Assembly: GCF_000150275.1 (NCBI RefSeq)
Contig: NW_002060966.1
Coordinates: forward strand, 340,581 to 404,580
Length of the DNA: 64,000 bases
Direction of reading: 5' to 3'
DNA from: Trichoplax adhaerens
Taxonomy: Eukaryota; Animalia; Placozoa
Shown: piece after piece, positions 64,000 to 64,000 of the stretch
Layout of the letters: each line of letters starts with the position of its first letter
Numbering within the stretch: position 1 is the stretch's first letter
Translations under genes and position numbers: made by a program
Notes under the pieces: model-generated
What the model saw: the letters and a program-made list of their open reading frames with translations, nothing else
Database searches by the model: none
What the model was told of the DNA's origin: nothing

Positions 64000-64000
64000 C

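Overview
AT-rich eukaryotic genomic DNA with short GT-AG introns and one 50-N gap. The compact architecture suggests an early-branching animal such as a placozoan (Trichoplax-like); this is inference. Left half: (i) a 39-exon + strand gene for an LRR-containing rhodopsin-class GPCR (RXFP/GRL101-like hinge and 7TM) whose ectodomain is SRCR-EGF-SRCR-EGF-EGF-SRCR followed by about 31 one-exon LRRs; (ii) an intronless UQCRQ on the - strand; (iii) a repeat zone with five ~70-bp hairpin elements; (iv) an OCRL/INPP5B-type inositol 5-phosphatase containing a probable U12 (minor-spliceosome) intron. Right half (31.9-64 kb): a head-to-tail array of intronless ~250-aa GNAT (arylalkylamine N-acetyltransferase-like) genes, all on the - strand, comprising 8 intact ORFs, 1 frameshifted copy and 2 pseudogene fragments. 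The most striking signal is that five copies end in a peroxisomal PTS1 (SKL, SKL, AKL, AKL, SKI), a sixth is one base away from SKL-stop, and six copies carry the same ATCACGTG E-box about 190-245 bp upstream of the ATG. Together this suggests a co-regulated, birth-and-death family of peroxisomal acyltransferases, with a young non-PTS1 branch still duplicating.
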